Below, in pieces: positions 10,062-20,683 of a DNA stretch of 64,000 nt (positions within the stretch are counted from its first letter, which is position 1; the number at the start of each line of letters is the position of its first letter). The notes under the pieces were generated by a model. It saw only the letters and a list, made by a program, of their open reading frames with translations, was not told the origin of the DNA and did not search any database. Made by a program: the position numbers and the translations under genes. This stretch comes from Gemmatimonadales bacterium (GTDB taxonomy: Bacteria; Gemmatimonadota; Gemmatimonadetes; Gemmatimonadales; GWC2-71-9). The stretch lies in NCBI GenBank assembly GCA_046260395.1, contig JBHEPH010000006.1, positions 10,236 through 74,235 on the forward strand, in the 5' to 3' direction.

Positions 10062-11573
10062 TCAGGGAATCGCGACGCCCACCAGGGAGGCCGCGCTTCC
10101 CGACACCGACTGCGCCCCGCGGATGGCGGCCTCGAGGACCGGAGCGGGCCAGACCCCGAGGGCAACGATGACCACGGTGGCCACCGCAATGGCGGCCAGT
10201 GCGGTCCGAGAGGCGAATGCGACGGCCGGTACCGCCACCACCGGCTCCGGCTTCATCCAGGCCGCCATGATGACCGGAAGATAGTAGCCCGCCGACACCA
10301 GGCTGGTGAGGACCACCACCACAGCCAGCAGTGCCTGGTGCTGGTCGACGATCGCGGCCAGGATCGCCCACTTGCCGATGAAGCCCAAAGTGCCGGGGAA
10401 GCCGAGCAGCGAGAGCATGCAGACACTCAGGGCCACCGCCAGCCAGGGCTGGCGCTTGCCGAGCCCGGCCAGGGAGTCCAGCGTGACCTCCCGCTCCCCG
10501 TCGCGGCCCACCAGCCCCAGGATCCCGAAGGTGGCGATGGTGGTGAACACATAGGCCGTGAGGTACAGCAGGATCGGGGCGCCGCCGTCCCTCGGACCGG
10601 TCCACAGGGCGGCCAGCAGGTAGCCCGCATGCGCCACGGAACTGTAGGCCAGCATCCGCTTGATGGAACGCTGGGCCAGCGCGACGAGGTTGCCAGCCAC
10701 CATGGTCAGCACGGCCAGCAGGCCGATGGCATCCACCCAAGCGGTGGTGTGCTGGCCGAACGACTCGAAGAGCACGCGGGTCAGCGCCAGGAAGGCGGCG
10801 GCTTTCACGCCCGTGGCCATGAATGCGGTGACCGGAGTCGGGGCGCCATCATACGCGTCCGGCGCCCACATATGGAACGGGACCGCGGCGATCTTGAACG
10901 CCATACCGACCAGGAACAGGGCCAGGCCGGCGGTCGCCATGAACGACAGCGGGGCGCCGCGCAGCTGCATCCCGATGGTGGCGAGATCGGTGCTGCCCGA
11001 CGCGCCGTAGAGGAGCGCGATGCCGTACAGGAGGAACGCCGAGGCGAACGCCCCGATCAGGAAATACTTGAGTCCGGCCTCGCTGGAGAAGATGCTCCCG
11101 CGGTTGAAGGCGGTCAGGACGTACACCGCGATGGACATCACCTCGAGGCCGACAAACAGGACGATCAGGTCGGCTGCTCCGGCCAGGAACATCATGCCGA
11201 TGGCGGCGAAGAGCACCAGCGGGTAGTACTCCGGGGCGGTGATCCCCTCGCGCTCGAGGTAGCCGAGCGAAATCATGATCGTCCCGGCAGTGGCCAGCAG
11301 GATCAGCGCGAGGCCGGCGAACCGGAATCCATCAAGCGTGATCATGTGGTTGCCACCGAGCGGCGTGGCGCCCATGCCCCAGAGCGCGACGAGCCCCGCA
11401 GCGGCCACCGCCACCCCGCTCAGGCTGATGAGGCCGACGAAGCGGCTGTCGGCGGCGGTGCGGTGCCGGTAGGCCGTCGCGATCAGCGCCACCAGGGAGG
11501 CGCCGGTCAGCAGCAGCTCCGGCAGCATGGCCAGCAGGATGCCAGTGGTGGACATCAGGTCAATGGTGGTCAT
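10062..11573 (-). CDS. nuoN: NADH-quinone oxidoreductase subunit N
   Basis: 503-aa polytopic antiporter-like ORF, last gene of the nuo operon. Its ATG overlaps the nuoM stop. Confidence 0.9.
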   Translation of the reverse strand: MTTIDLMSTTGILLAMLPELLLTGASLVALIATAYRHRTAADSRFVGLISLSGVAVAAAGLVALWGMGATPLGGNHMITLDGFRFAGLALILLATAGTIMISLGYLEREGITAPEYYPLVLFAAIGMMFLAGAADLIVLFVGLEVMSIAVYVLTAFNRGSIFSSEAGLKYFLIGAFASAFLLYGIALLYGASGSTDLATIGMQLRGAPLSFMATAGLALFLVGMAFKIAAVPFHMWAPDAYDGAPTPVTAFMATGVKAAAFLALTRVLFESFGQHTTAWVDAIGLLAVLTMVAGNLVALAQRSIKRMLAYSSVAHAGYLLAALWTGPRDGGAPILLYLTAYVFTTIATFGILGLVGRDGEREVTLDSLAGLGKRQPWLAVALSVCMLSLLGFPGTLGFIGKWAILAAIVDQHQALLAVVVVLTSLVSAGYYLPVIMAAWMKPEPVVAVPAVAFASRTALAAIAVATVVIVALGVWPAPVLEAAIRGAQSVSGSAASLVGVAIP

Positions 11574-13132
11574 CGGGCGCCTCCCGCCACCGCGCGGTAG
11601 GACGCGTCACCGGGCGCCGGCACTGGCACCTGCATCATTTCGACGTACCGCCGCGCGGCGGGCTCCATCTTGGCCAGGACCGGCTTGGGATAGACGCCCA
11701 TCCAGATGATGCCCAGCAGCAGGGGGAGCAGTACCAGGATCTCCCGCAGGTTCAGGTCGGTCAGCGCCTCGTTTTCGGGCTTGTCGAGCTTCTCGAAGAT
11801 CATCCGCTGGAGGGCCCAGAGCAGGTACGCTGCGGCAAAGATGACACCCGTGGTGGCGATCGCCGTGGCCCAGGGGTAGCGGGCGAAGCTGCCCAACAGC
11901 ACCAGGAACTCGCCGATGAAGCCGTTGAGCCCCGGCAGGCCGACCGAGGCCAGTGCCACGATCACGAAGGCCACGCTGAAGAGCGGCATGACCCGGGCGA
12001 TGCCGCCGTACGCGCTGATCTCGCGGGTGTGCCGCCGCTCGTAGAGCATGCCGATCAGGAAGAACAGCGCGCCGGTCGAGAACCCGTGGCCGATCATGAC
12101 CATCAGGGCGCCCTGCACCCCCTGCACCGTTCCCGCCCAGAGCCCCAGCATGACAAAGCCGAGGTGACTGACGGAGGAATACGCCACCAGCTTCTTGATG
12201 TCGGGTTGCACCATGGCCACGAGCGCGCCGTAGATGATGCCGATCACCGCCAGGACCACCACGACATTGGCGACTTCGGGACTCATGGCGGTCATCGGGA
12301 AGAACGGGTTGGCAAAGCGGAGAAAACCGTAGGTTCCCATCTTGAGCAGCACCCCGGCCAGCAGCACGGAGCCGGCGGTGGGTGCCTCGACGTGCGCGTC
12401 CGGCAACCAGGTGTGGAACGGGAAGACCGGCACCTTGATGGCAAAGGCGAGGGCGAAGGCCAGGAACAGCAGGCCGCCGGCCGGCACCAGGACCGCCGCA
12501 TGCTGGAGAACATGCTCGTACCCGAAGGACCAGATGCCCGTCTGCACCTTGACCATGTAGGCGGTGTAGATGATGGCCACCAGCATCAGCAGCGAACCAG
12601 CCATCGTGTACAGGAAGAATTTGAACGCCGCGTAGTGACGGTTGCCGCCACCCCAGATGCCGATCAGGAAGTACATCGGAATCAGCATCACTTCCCAGAA
12701 CACGTAGAACACGAACAGGTCCATCGCCAGGAAGACCCCGACGACACCGGTGGTCAGCGCCAGCAGGAGGGCATAGTAGGCTCGCTGCTGCTTGGCCACC
12801 TGGGTCCAGCTGCCCAGCACGCACAGGGGCATCAGGAGCGTGGTCAGCAGGACCATGAAAAGCGAGATCCCGTCCACGCCGACCGCGTAGTGGATGCCCC
12901 ACGCCGCAATCCAGGGCGTGGAGGACATCAGCTGCAGGGTGCCGGGCGCGGTGTCCACCGCCCACCACAGGCCGAGCGAGAGGACGAACAGGCCGGTCGT
13001 GACGGCCAGGGCAATCCGCCTGGCCGCCGTCTCGGGCGCCAGGACGATCGGCACGATGCCCAGGAGCGGCAGGAACACGAGGGCGTGGAGGATCCACTGC
13101 CCGTACCCGATGGAGTCGAGGAAGGCCGTCAT
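11570..13132 (-). CDS. nuoM: NADH-quinone oxidoreductase subunit M
   Basis: 520-aa antiporter-like ORF (…FHTWLPDAHVEAPTAGSVLLAG…) located between nuoL and nuoN. Confidence 0.9.
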   Translation of the reverse strand: MTAFLDSIGYGQWILHALVFLPLLGIVPIVLAPETAARRIALAVTTGLFVLSLGLWWAVDTAPGTLQLMSSTPWIAAWGIHYAVGVDGISLFMVLLTTLLMPLCVLGSWTQVAKQQRAYYALLLALTTGVVGVFLAMDLFVFYVFWEVMLIPMYFLIGIWGGGNRHYAAFKFFLYTMAGSLLMLVAIIYTAYMVKVQTGIWSFGYEHVLQHAAVLVPAGGLLFLAFALAFAIKVPVFPFHTWLPDAHVEAPTAGSVLLAGVLLKMGTYGFLRFANPFFPMTAMSPEVANVVVVLAVIGIIYGALVAMVQPDIKKLVAYSSVSHLGFVMLGLWAGTVQGVQGALMVMIGHGFSTGALFFLIGMLYERRHTREISAYGGIARVMPLFSVAFVIVALASVGLPGLNGFIGEFLVLLGSFARYPWATAIATTGVIFAAAYLLWALQRMIFEKLDKPENEALTDLNLREILVLLPLLLGIIWMGVYPKPVLAKMEPAARRYVEMMQVPVPAPGDASYRAVAGGAR

Positions 13133-13138
13133 CGCGGG

Positions 13139-15188
13139 TTACCGGGCCACGACGCGGAGGAGCCAGACCGCGCCGATCAGGAAGGTGAGGACGTAGACAC
13201 TGACCTGGCCGGTCTGCAGCCGGCTGCCCAGCCAGCCCAGCCCCCGCATCAGCGCGGCGGAGCCGTGGACCATCAGGCCGTCAATGAGGCCCTTGTCGCC
13301 GCCCTTCCAGAGCACGACCCGGGACACCCCGACCAGGGGCCGGACGATGAAGGCGTGGTAGATCTCATCCACGTAGTACTTGCGGTTGATCACCTTCCAG
13401 AACCCGGTTTCCGCCGGGGCCTGCTCGGCCGGAACGGTGCCCGCCGATGCGGTGACCCGGAAGCCGAACCAGAGGCCGACGACCGCCACGGCGATGGCGG
13501 CGCCGATCAGCAGCACCTCGGTCATCCCGTGGGGCAATTCCAGGGTCAGGAACCGTTGGGCCGGCGCCAGGACCGGTTGCAACCAGTCATCCAGCAGGTG
13601 GTGCGGACCCGGCACGAAGCCGGGGAGGTTGATCAGGCCACCCACCACGCTGAGGACCCCGAGCACCACCAGCGGCCCGGTCATGATCCATGGCGCCTCA
13701 TGCAGGTGCGGGCGCTCGGCCTCGCCGGTCCGGTTTTCCCCGAAGAACGTCATCACCATCAAACGCGCCATGTAGAAGGCGGTGAGCAGGGCGGCCAGCA
13801 GGCCGAGCGCCCAGTAGAGATACCAGATCGGCGACTCGGACCCGCGCGAAAAGGTGAAGGCCAGGATCTCGTCCTTCGAGAAAAAGCCCGAGAGTCCGGG
13901 CACCCCGGCGATCGCCAGGGTCGCAATCCCCATCAGGGCAAAGGTCCAGGGCATCGCCCGGCGCAGGCCACCCATGTTGCGCATGTCCTGCGCATCGGCA
14001 TGGGAATGCGTGGCATGATAGGCGTGATGCATGGCGTGGATGACGCTGCCGGCGCCGAGGAACAACAGCGCCTTGAAGAAGGCGTGGGTCACCAGGTGGA
14101 AGACCCCCGCGGCGTACGCGCCGGTCCCCACGGCCAGGAACATCAGGCCCAGTTGCGAGACGGTGGAGTAGGCCAGGACCTTCTTGATGTCGTACTGCCT
14201 GAGGCCGATCGTGGCGGCGAAGAGCGCCGTGGCCACACCGACCCCTGCCACGATCATGCTGGTGGTTGGGGCCAGGGCAAAGAGCACGCTGGTCCGGGCG
14301 ATCAGGTAGACGCCGGCGGTGACCATCGTGGCGGCATGGATCAGCGCGGAGACCGGCGTGGGACCCGCCATGGCGTCCGGGAGCCAGGTGTAGAGCGGAA
14401 TCTGGGCCGACTTGCCGGTACAGCCGAGGAACAGGAGCAGGGTGATGACCGTCACGGTGGTGCCGCCCAGCAGGAGGGCATCCGGGGCGCGCTGGGCAAT
14501 CTCCTGGAACTCGAGGGTGCCGAGTGCCCACCAGATCATGAACATCGCCACCAGGACGCCGAAGTCACCGATCCGGTTGACGATGAACGCCTTTTTCCCG
14601 GCGTCCGCGTTGGCCTTCTCCTGGTACCAGAAGCCGATCAACAGATAGGAACAGAGCCCGACCCCTTCCCATCCGATGAACAGCACGGGGAGACTGGAGC
14701 CCAGCACCAGCACCAGCATGAAGGCGACGAACAGGTTCAGGTAGGCGAAGTACCGGGCATAGCCCGGGGTCGGCACTCATGTAGCCGACCGAGAACAGGT
14801 GGATCAAGCTGCCGACCCCCGTGATCACCAGCATCATGAGGATCGAGAGCTGGTCCACCTGGAGGGTGACGCTCAGCATCAGGTCGCCGACCGGCATCCA
14901 TTCCCAGAAGGTCACCCGCCAGGGGTCGGTGACCCCCGACTGGAGCAGGTGCAGGAAGATGGCCACCGAGACGGCGAAGCTGCCGATGAGCACGGCGGGG
15001 CCGATGATGGACACCGCCCGGCGGGCCTCCGGACGCCAGAGCGCCAGGACACCGTTGGCCAGGAAGCCCAGGAACGGCAGCAGGATGGCGAGCCCGACCA
15101 GGCGAACCGGTCCGGCGCCCGTCAGGTCGGCGGCACCGGCGACCTGGGCCAGCAGCGGGGCGAATCCCACAGCGAGGTCGGTCATCAT
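13139..15188 (-). pseudogene. nuoL: NADH-quinone oxidoreductase subunit L, interrupted by a 1-nt frameshift as assembled
   Basis: The N-terminal part (track ORF 14565..15188) reads ...LIHLFSVGYMSADPG and then goes out of frame. The remainder (track ORF 13139..14776) reads PTPGYARYFAYLNLFVAFMLVLVLG...GWEGVGLCSYLLIGFWY. The expected junction SADPGYARYFAY is restored by removing one base in the run accccgggc (14762-14770). Confidence 0.85.
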
Positions 15189-15484
15189 CAGCCGTGGAGC
15201 AGGTTGATGTTGCGCAGGTCAACCGACTGGTGGTGCCGGAAGATCGCGAGGATGATGGCGAGGCCGACCGCGGCTTCGGCGGCCGCCACGGTCATCACGA
15301 AGAACACCATGACCTGGCCGGTGTACCCGTGGACCTGGCTGAGGGCCACGAACGACAGGTTGACGGCGTTGAGCATCAGCTCGACGCACATGAACAGGAT
15401 GATCGCGTTGCGCCGCACCAGCACGCCGACCACCCCGATCGTGAAGAGCACCGCCGAGAGCAGCAGGGACGGACCCAGAGGCAT
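15188..15484 (-). CDS. nuoK: NADH-quinone oxidoreductase subunit K
   Basis: 98-aa protein with three transmembrane segments (…[18 protein letters not shown]…). Its position in the operon fits. Confidence 0.9.
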   Translation of the reverse strand: MPLGPSLLLSAVLFTIGVVGVLVRRNAIILFMCVELMLNAVNLSFVALSQVHGYTGQVMVFFVMTVAAAEAAVGLAIILAIFRHHQSVDLRNINLLHG

Positions 15485-16047
15485 CAGATCTTCCGTTTCG
15501 CGAGGACGACCGCACCGACGGTGGCAGCGAGCAGCAGGACCGACGTGAGCTCAAACGGGACGAGATAGGTGGTGAACAGCGGCTCCGCCAGGCCCCCGAC
15601 GATGCCCCGCTCCGCATCCCCGGCCAGCGCGGCCGCGGCCCCCGGGAAGAACCCGGAGGGATCGCTGGCCGGGACCGCCCGGAGGGGGTCGGCCTCCACG
15701 GCCACCCGCCCCGCCGAGTAGCGGGCCAGGGCGCCAAGCTGCAGCAGCAGCACTGCGCCGACGGCGGTGGCCACCAGGCGCATCGGCGGGGGACGGAGGT
15801 CGGAGGGGCCATGGCCCACGTTCAGCAGCATGATCACGAAGAGGAACAGCACCATGATGGCGCCGGCATACACGATCACCTGCACGGCGGCGATGAACTG
15901 GGCCCCGTGCATCAGGTAGATGGCGGCCAGGCCGAACATCGTCGCCACAAGCCACATGGCGCTGACGATCGGGTTCCGGGCACTGATGCAGAGGACCGCC
16001 GACAGCACGGTACTCGCCGCAATGATGTAGAAGACCGTCTGGGTCAT
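15484..16047 (-). CDS. nuoJ: NADH-quinone oxidoreductase subunit J
   Basis: Track ORF 15484..16077, trimmed to the ATG at 16047 ([12 protein letters not shown]...), which overlaps the nuoI stop (TGATG). Confidence 0.85.
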   Translation of the reverse strand: MTQTVFYIIAASTVLSAVLCISARNPIVSAMWLVATMFGLAAIYLMHGAQFIAAVQVIVYAGAIMVLFLFVIMLLNVGHGPSDLRPPPMRLVATAVGAVLLLQLGALARYSAGRVAVEADPLRAVPASDPSGFFPGAAAALAGDAERGIVGGLAEPLFTTYLVPFELTSVLLLAATVGAVVLAKRKI

Positions 16048-16553
16048 CACTCGCCCTTGGGGTCGGTGGGGTCCCACAGGGTGCTGACCGCGTGCGTCTG
16101 CGCGGTCAGCCGTTCCAGGTCGTACACGAACCGGTCGCGGCTGTACTCGGAGTTTTCGTAGTGCACCCCGACGTGGATCGCCTCCTCGGGGCAGACCTCC
16201 TGGCAGTACCCGCAGAACACGCAGCGGAACTCGTCGATTTCATAGATCAGGGGGTACCGGTTCCCCTGCTCATCCTCGCCCGGCACCAGCTTGATGCAGT
16301 TGGCGGGACAGATCTGCGGGCAGAGACCGCAGGCCACGCATTTCGAGCGGCCCTGCTCATCGGCCATCATCCGGTGCGTGCCGCGCCAGCGCGGGGCGAT
16401 GGTCCAGTCGTCGGTGCTCCGCTGCTCCGGGTACTGCATGGTCACCTTCGGTTCGAACATGTGCTTGAAGGTGAGCGCCATCCCGGTCAGGGTGGCCCGC
16501 ACGTAGCTGACCCGTTCCGTCGGGCGCTTCATGATCTTGACGCCGATTGCCAT
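16047..16553 (-). CDS. nuoI: NADH-quinone oxidoreductase subunit I
   Basis: 168-aa ORF with two 4Fe-4S motifs, CVACGLCPQICP and CVFCGYCQEVCP. Confidence 0.95.
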   Translation of the reverse strand: MAIGVKIMKRPTERVSYVRATLTGMALTFKHMFEPKVTMQYPEQRSTDDWTIAPRWRGTHRMMADEQGRSKCVACGLCPQICPANCIKLVPGEDEQGNRYPLIYEIDEFRCVFCGYCQEVCPEEAIHVGVHYENSEYSRDRFVYDLERLTAQTHAVSTLWDPTDPKGE

Positions 16554-17791
16554 CAGGTCTCCCCCACCGTCTGGACACCGGCCAGACGCGCCGGTCGCTG
16601 GTGGGCACCCACCAGGATCCTGCCACTGTCAATCACCCGGAAAATCACCACGGCGAGCACGGCGTTCAGGGCGAAGAGCACCAGCATCTTCACCCGCGGA
16701 CTGGCGTCGCCCATCCCCTGCTGCAGCGCCCAGATGGTGAGGGTCATCAGTTTCACGTAGACCAGGGCCAGCGGAATCATGAACCGCCAGCCCAGGGTCA
16801 TGAGCTGGTCGTAGCGGAAGCGCGGCAGCGTCCAGCGCACCCACATGATCACGAAGATGAAGAACATCGTCTTGAGGAAGAAGAACAGTCCCGTCGCCAG
16901 CGTCTGGGCCAGGCCGGGCGTCTGGTCCCACGACGTGAACGGGATGTCCCAGCCGCCAAAGAACAGCGTGGCCGTCATGGCGCACACCGTGACGATGTTG
17001 GCGTATTCGGCGATGAAGAACATCGAGAACTTCATCGCGCTGTACTCGGTGTGATACCCCGCCGTGAGCTCCGCCTCCGCCTCCGCCATATCGAAGGGGA
17101 GGCGGTTGAGTTCCGCAAAGCCCGAGACGAGGAAGAGGAAGAAGGTGACGAACAGCGGCAGGACGAACCAGAGCCCCTCCTGCTGGGTGCGAATGATCTC
17201 CGAGAAGCCGACATTGCCGGAGAGCAGCAACAGCGGGATCAGGCTCAGCCCCAGCGCCACCTCATAGGACACCATCTGGGCACTGGCCCGCAGGCCCCCC
17301 AGGAGCGAATACTTGCTGTTCGAAGACCACCCGGCCAGCGCGATGCCGTAGACGCCCAGCGAGGCCATGGCCAGGACGAACAGGAAGCCGATCGGCACAT
17401 CGGCCACGACCATTGGCATCAGCCCCGCGTGGCGAAACTGGCCCAGGAGCGGCAGGGTGAAGTCAAATTGCACCGGCAGTGGCGCCGCGAACGGGATGAC
17501 CGCCGAAAGCATCAGCGCGGGGACGAAGGCGATCATCGGCGCCAGGAGGAACAGCCCGATATTGGCCTTGGCCGGGAAGGTCTCCTCCTTGAGGATGTTC
17601 TTGAGTCCGTCCGCCGCCGGCTGCAGCAGGCCCGCCCACCCGACCCGGTTGGGGCCCCGCCGGTTCTGCATCCAGGCGGAGACCTTCCGCTCCATGAGGG
17701 TCAGCAGCGCGACGCCCACCAGAATGACCGTGAACACCACCAGCATCTTGATGACACTCAGGAGCAGGAACCCCTTCAGATCGGGCGACAT
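16553..17791 (-). CDS. nuoH: NADH-quinone oxidoreductase subunit H
   Basis: Track ORF 16553..17920, trimmed to the ATG at 17791 (MSPDLKGFLLLSVIKMLVV...LMERKVSAWMQNRRGPNRVG), which overlaps the nuoG stop. Confidence 0.9.
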   Translation of the reverse strand: MSPDLKGFLLLSVIKMLVVFTVILVGVALLTLMERKVSAWMQNRRGPNRVGWAGLLQPAADGLKNILKEETFPAKANIGLFLLAPMIAFVPALMLSAVIPFAAPLPVQFDFTLPLLGQFRHAGLMPMVVADVPIGFLFVLAMASLGVYGIALAGWSSNSKYSLLGGLRASAQMVSYEVALGLSLIPLLLLSGNVGFSEIIRTQQEGLWFVLPLFVTFFLFLVSGFAELNRLPFDMAEAEAELTAGYHTEYSAMKFSMFFIAEYANIVTVCAMTATLFFGGWDIPFTSWDQTPGLAQTLATGLFFFLKTMFFIFVIMWVRWTLPRFRYDQLMTLGWRFMIPLALVYVKLMTLTIWALQQGMGDASPRVKMLVLFALNAVLAVVIFRVIDSGRILVGAHQRPARLAGVQTVGET

Positions 17792-19371
17792 CAGCGGGCC
17801 CCCGCCGCGGCCGCGCCCAGCACGCGCCCGGTCAGCCCGAGTTCGGCGTAGGTCAGCCCCGCCAGCGCCGGCACCATGGCACCGAGCGCGGCGAAGGCCG
17901 CGGCGCTGGTCTCCGGCCACCGGTCGCCGGGTTCAAGGACCGCCAATGCCTCCACCGCGATCCACCAGGCCGGCTTCGCCATTCCCGCGCTGGTGCGGGC
18001 CTGGCTGTAGCGCTGCACCCGCTGGTCGCGGTTGACCCAGGTTCCGTTTTCTTCGGCCATGAGGGTCACCGGCAGGGCCAGGCCGGCCCGGGCCTCGACC
18101 CAGTCGTGCTGGATGGAACCCAGGACCACCACGGTGCCCGCGCCGGACAACGCGGCCGCTTCGGTCTCATCGAGATCGGCATCAAGGACGATGGCCAGCC
18201 CGGCACCCTTCAGCGCGCTGACCGCCGCCTGCCAGTCACCGGCGCAGCCGGTGAGGCGCGCGCCGTCGAGGTTCGGCACCCGTTCCCGGCGCAGGGCCAG
18301 GTTGGGCACCGCGGCCAGCGGCGCCTCCTCACCCAGCGGCACCTTCACGGCCGCCGTGACGGGGCCGGCGGACTCGGCCAGCCGGCGGACGAACGCCAGC
18401 GACTCGGTCGAGGCACGGCCCGATGCGAGGAGCACCACGGGGCCGTCGTTGCCCCGCACGGCGGCGGCGAGCGCGTCGAGGGCCGGCACCCAGTCGGTCG
18501 CCTGGAGGCGGCCGTCACGGCGAACCAGGGGCGCCTCAAGGCGGTCGCCGCGGTTCATCCAGCGGTAATCCATCCGGCCGGTGTCGCAGATGAAGTGCCG
18601 GTTGACGTCCATGTTTGGCCGGGGCCGGAGCCGGACCACCACGTCATCCCGGGTATCCAGCATGATGTTGCAGCCCTGGGTACACCCGGGGCAGATGCTG
18701 GCCGTCTTGTCGAGGTCCCAGGCCCTGGCCTTGTGCAGGAAATCCTTGCTGACCAGCGAACCCACCGGGCAGAGGTCCACGACATTGCCGGCCCAGGGAT
18801 GGTCCAGCCTGTGCGCCGGGTCGATGCCGATGTAGGCGCGGTCGCCGCGTTCCGAGACGTTCAGGACCGGCGTCTCGGCCACATCATCCATGAAGCGGAC
18901 GCAGCGGGTGCAGAGGATGCAGCGATTGGCCACGTACAGGATGTCAGGACCGAAGTCCTCCACCGGGTTGTAGCGCTTGGCATAGTCGCTGTAGCGCGTG
19001 GCGGCGCGTCCCTCCTGGAAGGTGTAGTCCTGCAACTCGCACTCGCCGGCCTGGTCGCAGATCGGGCAATCCAGCGGGTGGTTGATCAGCAGGAACTCCA
19101 GCACGCTTTCGCGGGCCTTTTTGGCCTCGGTGCTGCCGGTGTGCACCACCTGGCCCTCCGCCACGGCGGTGACGCAGGCCGGCAGCAGCTTGGGCGCCTT
19201 CTCCACCTCCACCAGGCACATCCGGCAGACGGCCGGCGAGGGGAGGGAGGGGTGGTAGCAATAGTGGGGCACCAGCACCCCGGCCTGCTTCGCAGCCTCG
19301 ATCAGCGACGTGCCCTTCGGCACGCTGACCGGCATGCCGTCGATCGTGAGGCTCACCAGTTCGGTGGTCAT
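17791..19371 (-). CDS. nuoG: NADH-quinone oxidoreductase subunit G (short, ~526-aa form)
   Basis: Track ORF 17791..19407, trimmed to the ATG at 19371 (MTTELVSLTIDGMPVSVPKG...HYCYH...CRMCLVEV). It has an N-terminal 2Fe-2S region plus 4Fe-4S cysteine clusters. Confidence 0.9.
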   Translation of the reverse strand: MTTELVSLTIDGMPVSVPKGTSLIEAAKQAGVLVPHYCYHPSLPSPAVCRMCLVEVEKAPKLLPACVTAVAEGQVVHTGSTEAKKARESVLEFLLINHPLDCPICDQAGECELQDYTFQEGRAATRYSDYAKRYNPVEDFGPDILYVANRCILCTRCVRFMDDVAETPVLNVSERGDRAYIGIDPAHRLDHPWAGNVVDLCPVGSLVSKDFLHKARAWDLDKTASICPGCTQGCNIMLDTRDDVVVRLRPRPNMDVNRHFICDTGRMDYRWMNRGDRLEAPLVRRDGRLQATDWVPALDALAAAVRGNDGPVVLLASGRASTESLAFVRRLAESAGPVTAAVKVPLGEEAPLAAVPNLALRRERVPNLDGARLTGCAGDWQAAVSALKGAGLAIVLDADLDETEAAALSGAGTVVVLGSIQHDWVEARAGLALPVTLMAEENGTWVNRDQRVQRYSQARTSAGMAKPAWWIAVEALAVLEPGDRWPETSAAAFAALGAMVPALAGLTYAELGLTGRVLGAAAAGAR

Positions 19372-19375
19372 CCGC

Positions 19376-20683
19376 TCAGGCTCCCGCCAGCGCCGGCTGC
19401 CGGCCACCGCTCAGGTAGGCGTCGAATTCCCCGCGGAACTTGCGGATCCCGCTTACCACCGGGGCCGCACAGGAATCGCTGAGGACGCAGATCGTCTTGC
19501 CGGTCATGTTGTCGGCCAGATCCATCAGCAGGTCGAGGTCGGCCGGCTTCCCTTCTCCGCGCAGGATCCGCTCGAGGATCTTGGTGGTCCAGGCGGTGCC
19601 CTCCCGGCACTGGGTGCACTGGGCGCAGCTCTCATGGGCGTAGAACTTGGCCAGCCGGTACACCTCGTAGACCACGTCGGCGGAGTCGTCCAGCACGATG
19701 AAGCCCGCCGAGCCGAGCATCGACCCCTTCTCGAGGATGCCCTCATAGTCGCAGAGGGCACTTTCGGCTTCCTCGCGCGTCATGATCGGCACCGAGGAGC
19801 CACCCGGGATCACCGCCTTGAGCGTCCGGCCTGGTCGCATGCCGCCCGCCAGCTCGTAGATGAGGTCCTTCATCGGGAACCCCATCGTCACCTCATAATT
19901 GCCCGGCCTGGCCACGTGCCCGCACACCGAGAAGAGCTTGGTGCCGGTGCTCTTCGGGTTGCTGAGGCAGAGCCCCTTGTACCACTCGCAGCCCCGGTTC
20001 AGGATGTGCGGCACGGCCGCCAGTGTCTCGACATTGTTGATCGTGGTCGGCAAGCCGAACAATCCGGCCTGGGCCGGAAACGGGGGCTTGATCCGGGGGT
20101 TGCCGCGCTTGCCCTCGATCGAGTTCATCAGGGCGGTCTCTTCCCCGCAGATGTAGGCGCCCGCACCCCGGTGGAGGAAGATGTCCACCCGCTTCCCGGA
20201 GCCGAAGGCATTGGCGCCCAGCGCGCCCGCGGCGTACGCCTCCTCCACCGCCGCGGTCATGATGCGCCACGGTTCGGTGAACTCGCCGCGAATGTAGATG
20301 TAGCAGATCTCCGCACCGATGGCATGGGCCCCGATGGCGCAGCCCTCAATGAGGGCGTGGGGCGTCCACCGCATGATCTCGCGGTCCTTGAACGTGCCGG
20401 GTTCGGACTCGTCGGCGTTGCACACCAGGTAGTGCGGCTTGCCGTCGCCCTTCGGCATGAAGCTCCACTTGAGTCCGGTCGGGAAACCCGCTCCGCCCCG
20501 CCCGCGCAGCCCCGACGCCTTGACCTCCTCGATGATCGCCTCGGGCGTCATCCCCAGTGCCTTCCTGAGCGCCGCGTACCCGCCACGCTCCTCCCACCCC
20601 GTGAAGGTGCGCGCCCCGGCGTCGCCGAAGTATTGCGACAGGACCACAGTTTCCTTCGGGTGACTCGGATGCGGATAGCCCAT
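19376..20683 (-). CDS. nuoF: NADH-quinone oxidoreductase subunit F
   Basis: Track ORF 19376..21226, trimmed to the ATG at 20683 (MGYPHPSHPKETVV...), which overlaps the nuoE stop. The GRGGAGFPTG and GAGAYICGEETALMNSIEG motifs are present. Confidence 0.95.
   Translation of the reverse strand: MGYPHPSHPKETVVLSQYFGDAGARTFTGWEERGGYAALRKALGMTPEAIIEEVKASGLRGRGGAGFPTGLKWSFMPKGDGKPHYLVCNADESEPGTFKDREIMRWTPHALIEGCAIGAHAIGAEICYIYIRGEFTEPWRIMTAAVEEAYAAGALGANAFGSGKRVDIFLHRGAGAYICGEETALMNSIEGKRGNPRIKPPFPAQAGLFGLPTTINNVETLAAVPHILNRGCEWYKGLCLSNPKSTGTKLFSVCGHVARPGNYEVTMGFPMKDLIYELAGGMRPGRTLKAVIPGGSSVPIMTREEAESALCDYEGILEKGSMLGSAGFIVLDDSADVVYEVYRLAKFYAHESCAQCTQCREGTAWTTKILERILRGEGKPADLDLLMDLADNMTGKTICVLSDSCAAPVVSGIRKFRGEFDAYLSGGRQPALAGA

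Noticed and set aside
8232-11600. Very long plus-strand ORFs running antisense to real genes: 8232..11600 (1122 aa), 12029..14824 (931 aa), 28285..30714 (809 aa), 31257..33638 (793 aa), 25687..27840 (717 aa), 21048..23051 (667 aa), and 318..2153 (611 aa).
   Set aside because: Each lies opposite a gene with clear family motifs (pmm/nuoN, nuoM/L, mdh/trmL/moaA, and so on). Their translations are Arg/Gly/Pro/His/Asp-rich low-complexity strings with no recognisable motifs. Stop-codon depletion in high-GC DNA routinely produces such shadow ORFs.
519-15188. The idea that the fabD, sucC and nuoL frame changes are programmed ribosomal frameshifts or genuine split genes.
   Set aside because: There are no slippery heptamers or downstream stimulatory structures. 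All three sites are simple short G/C runs. The affected genes are unrelated housekeeping genes for which no recoding is known. Sequencing or assembly indels are the most economical explanation.
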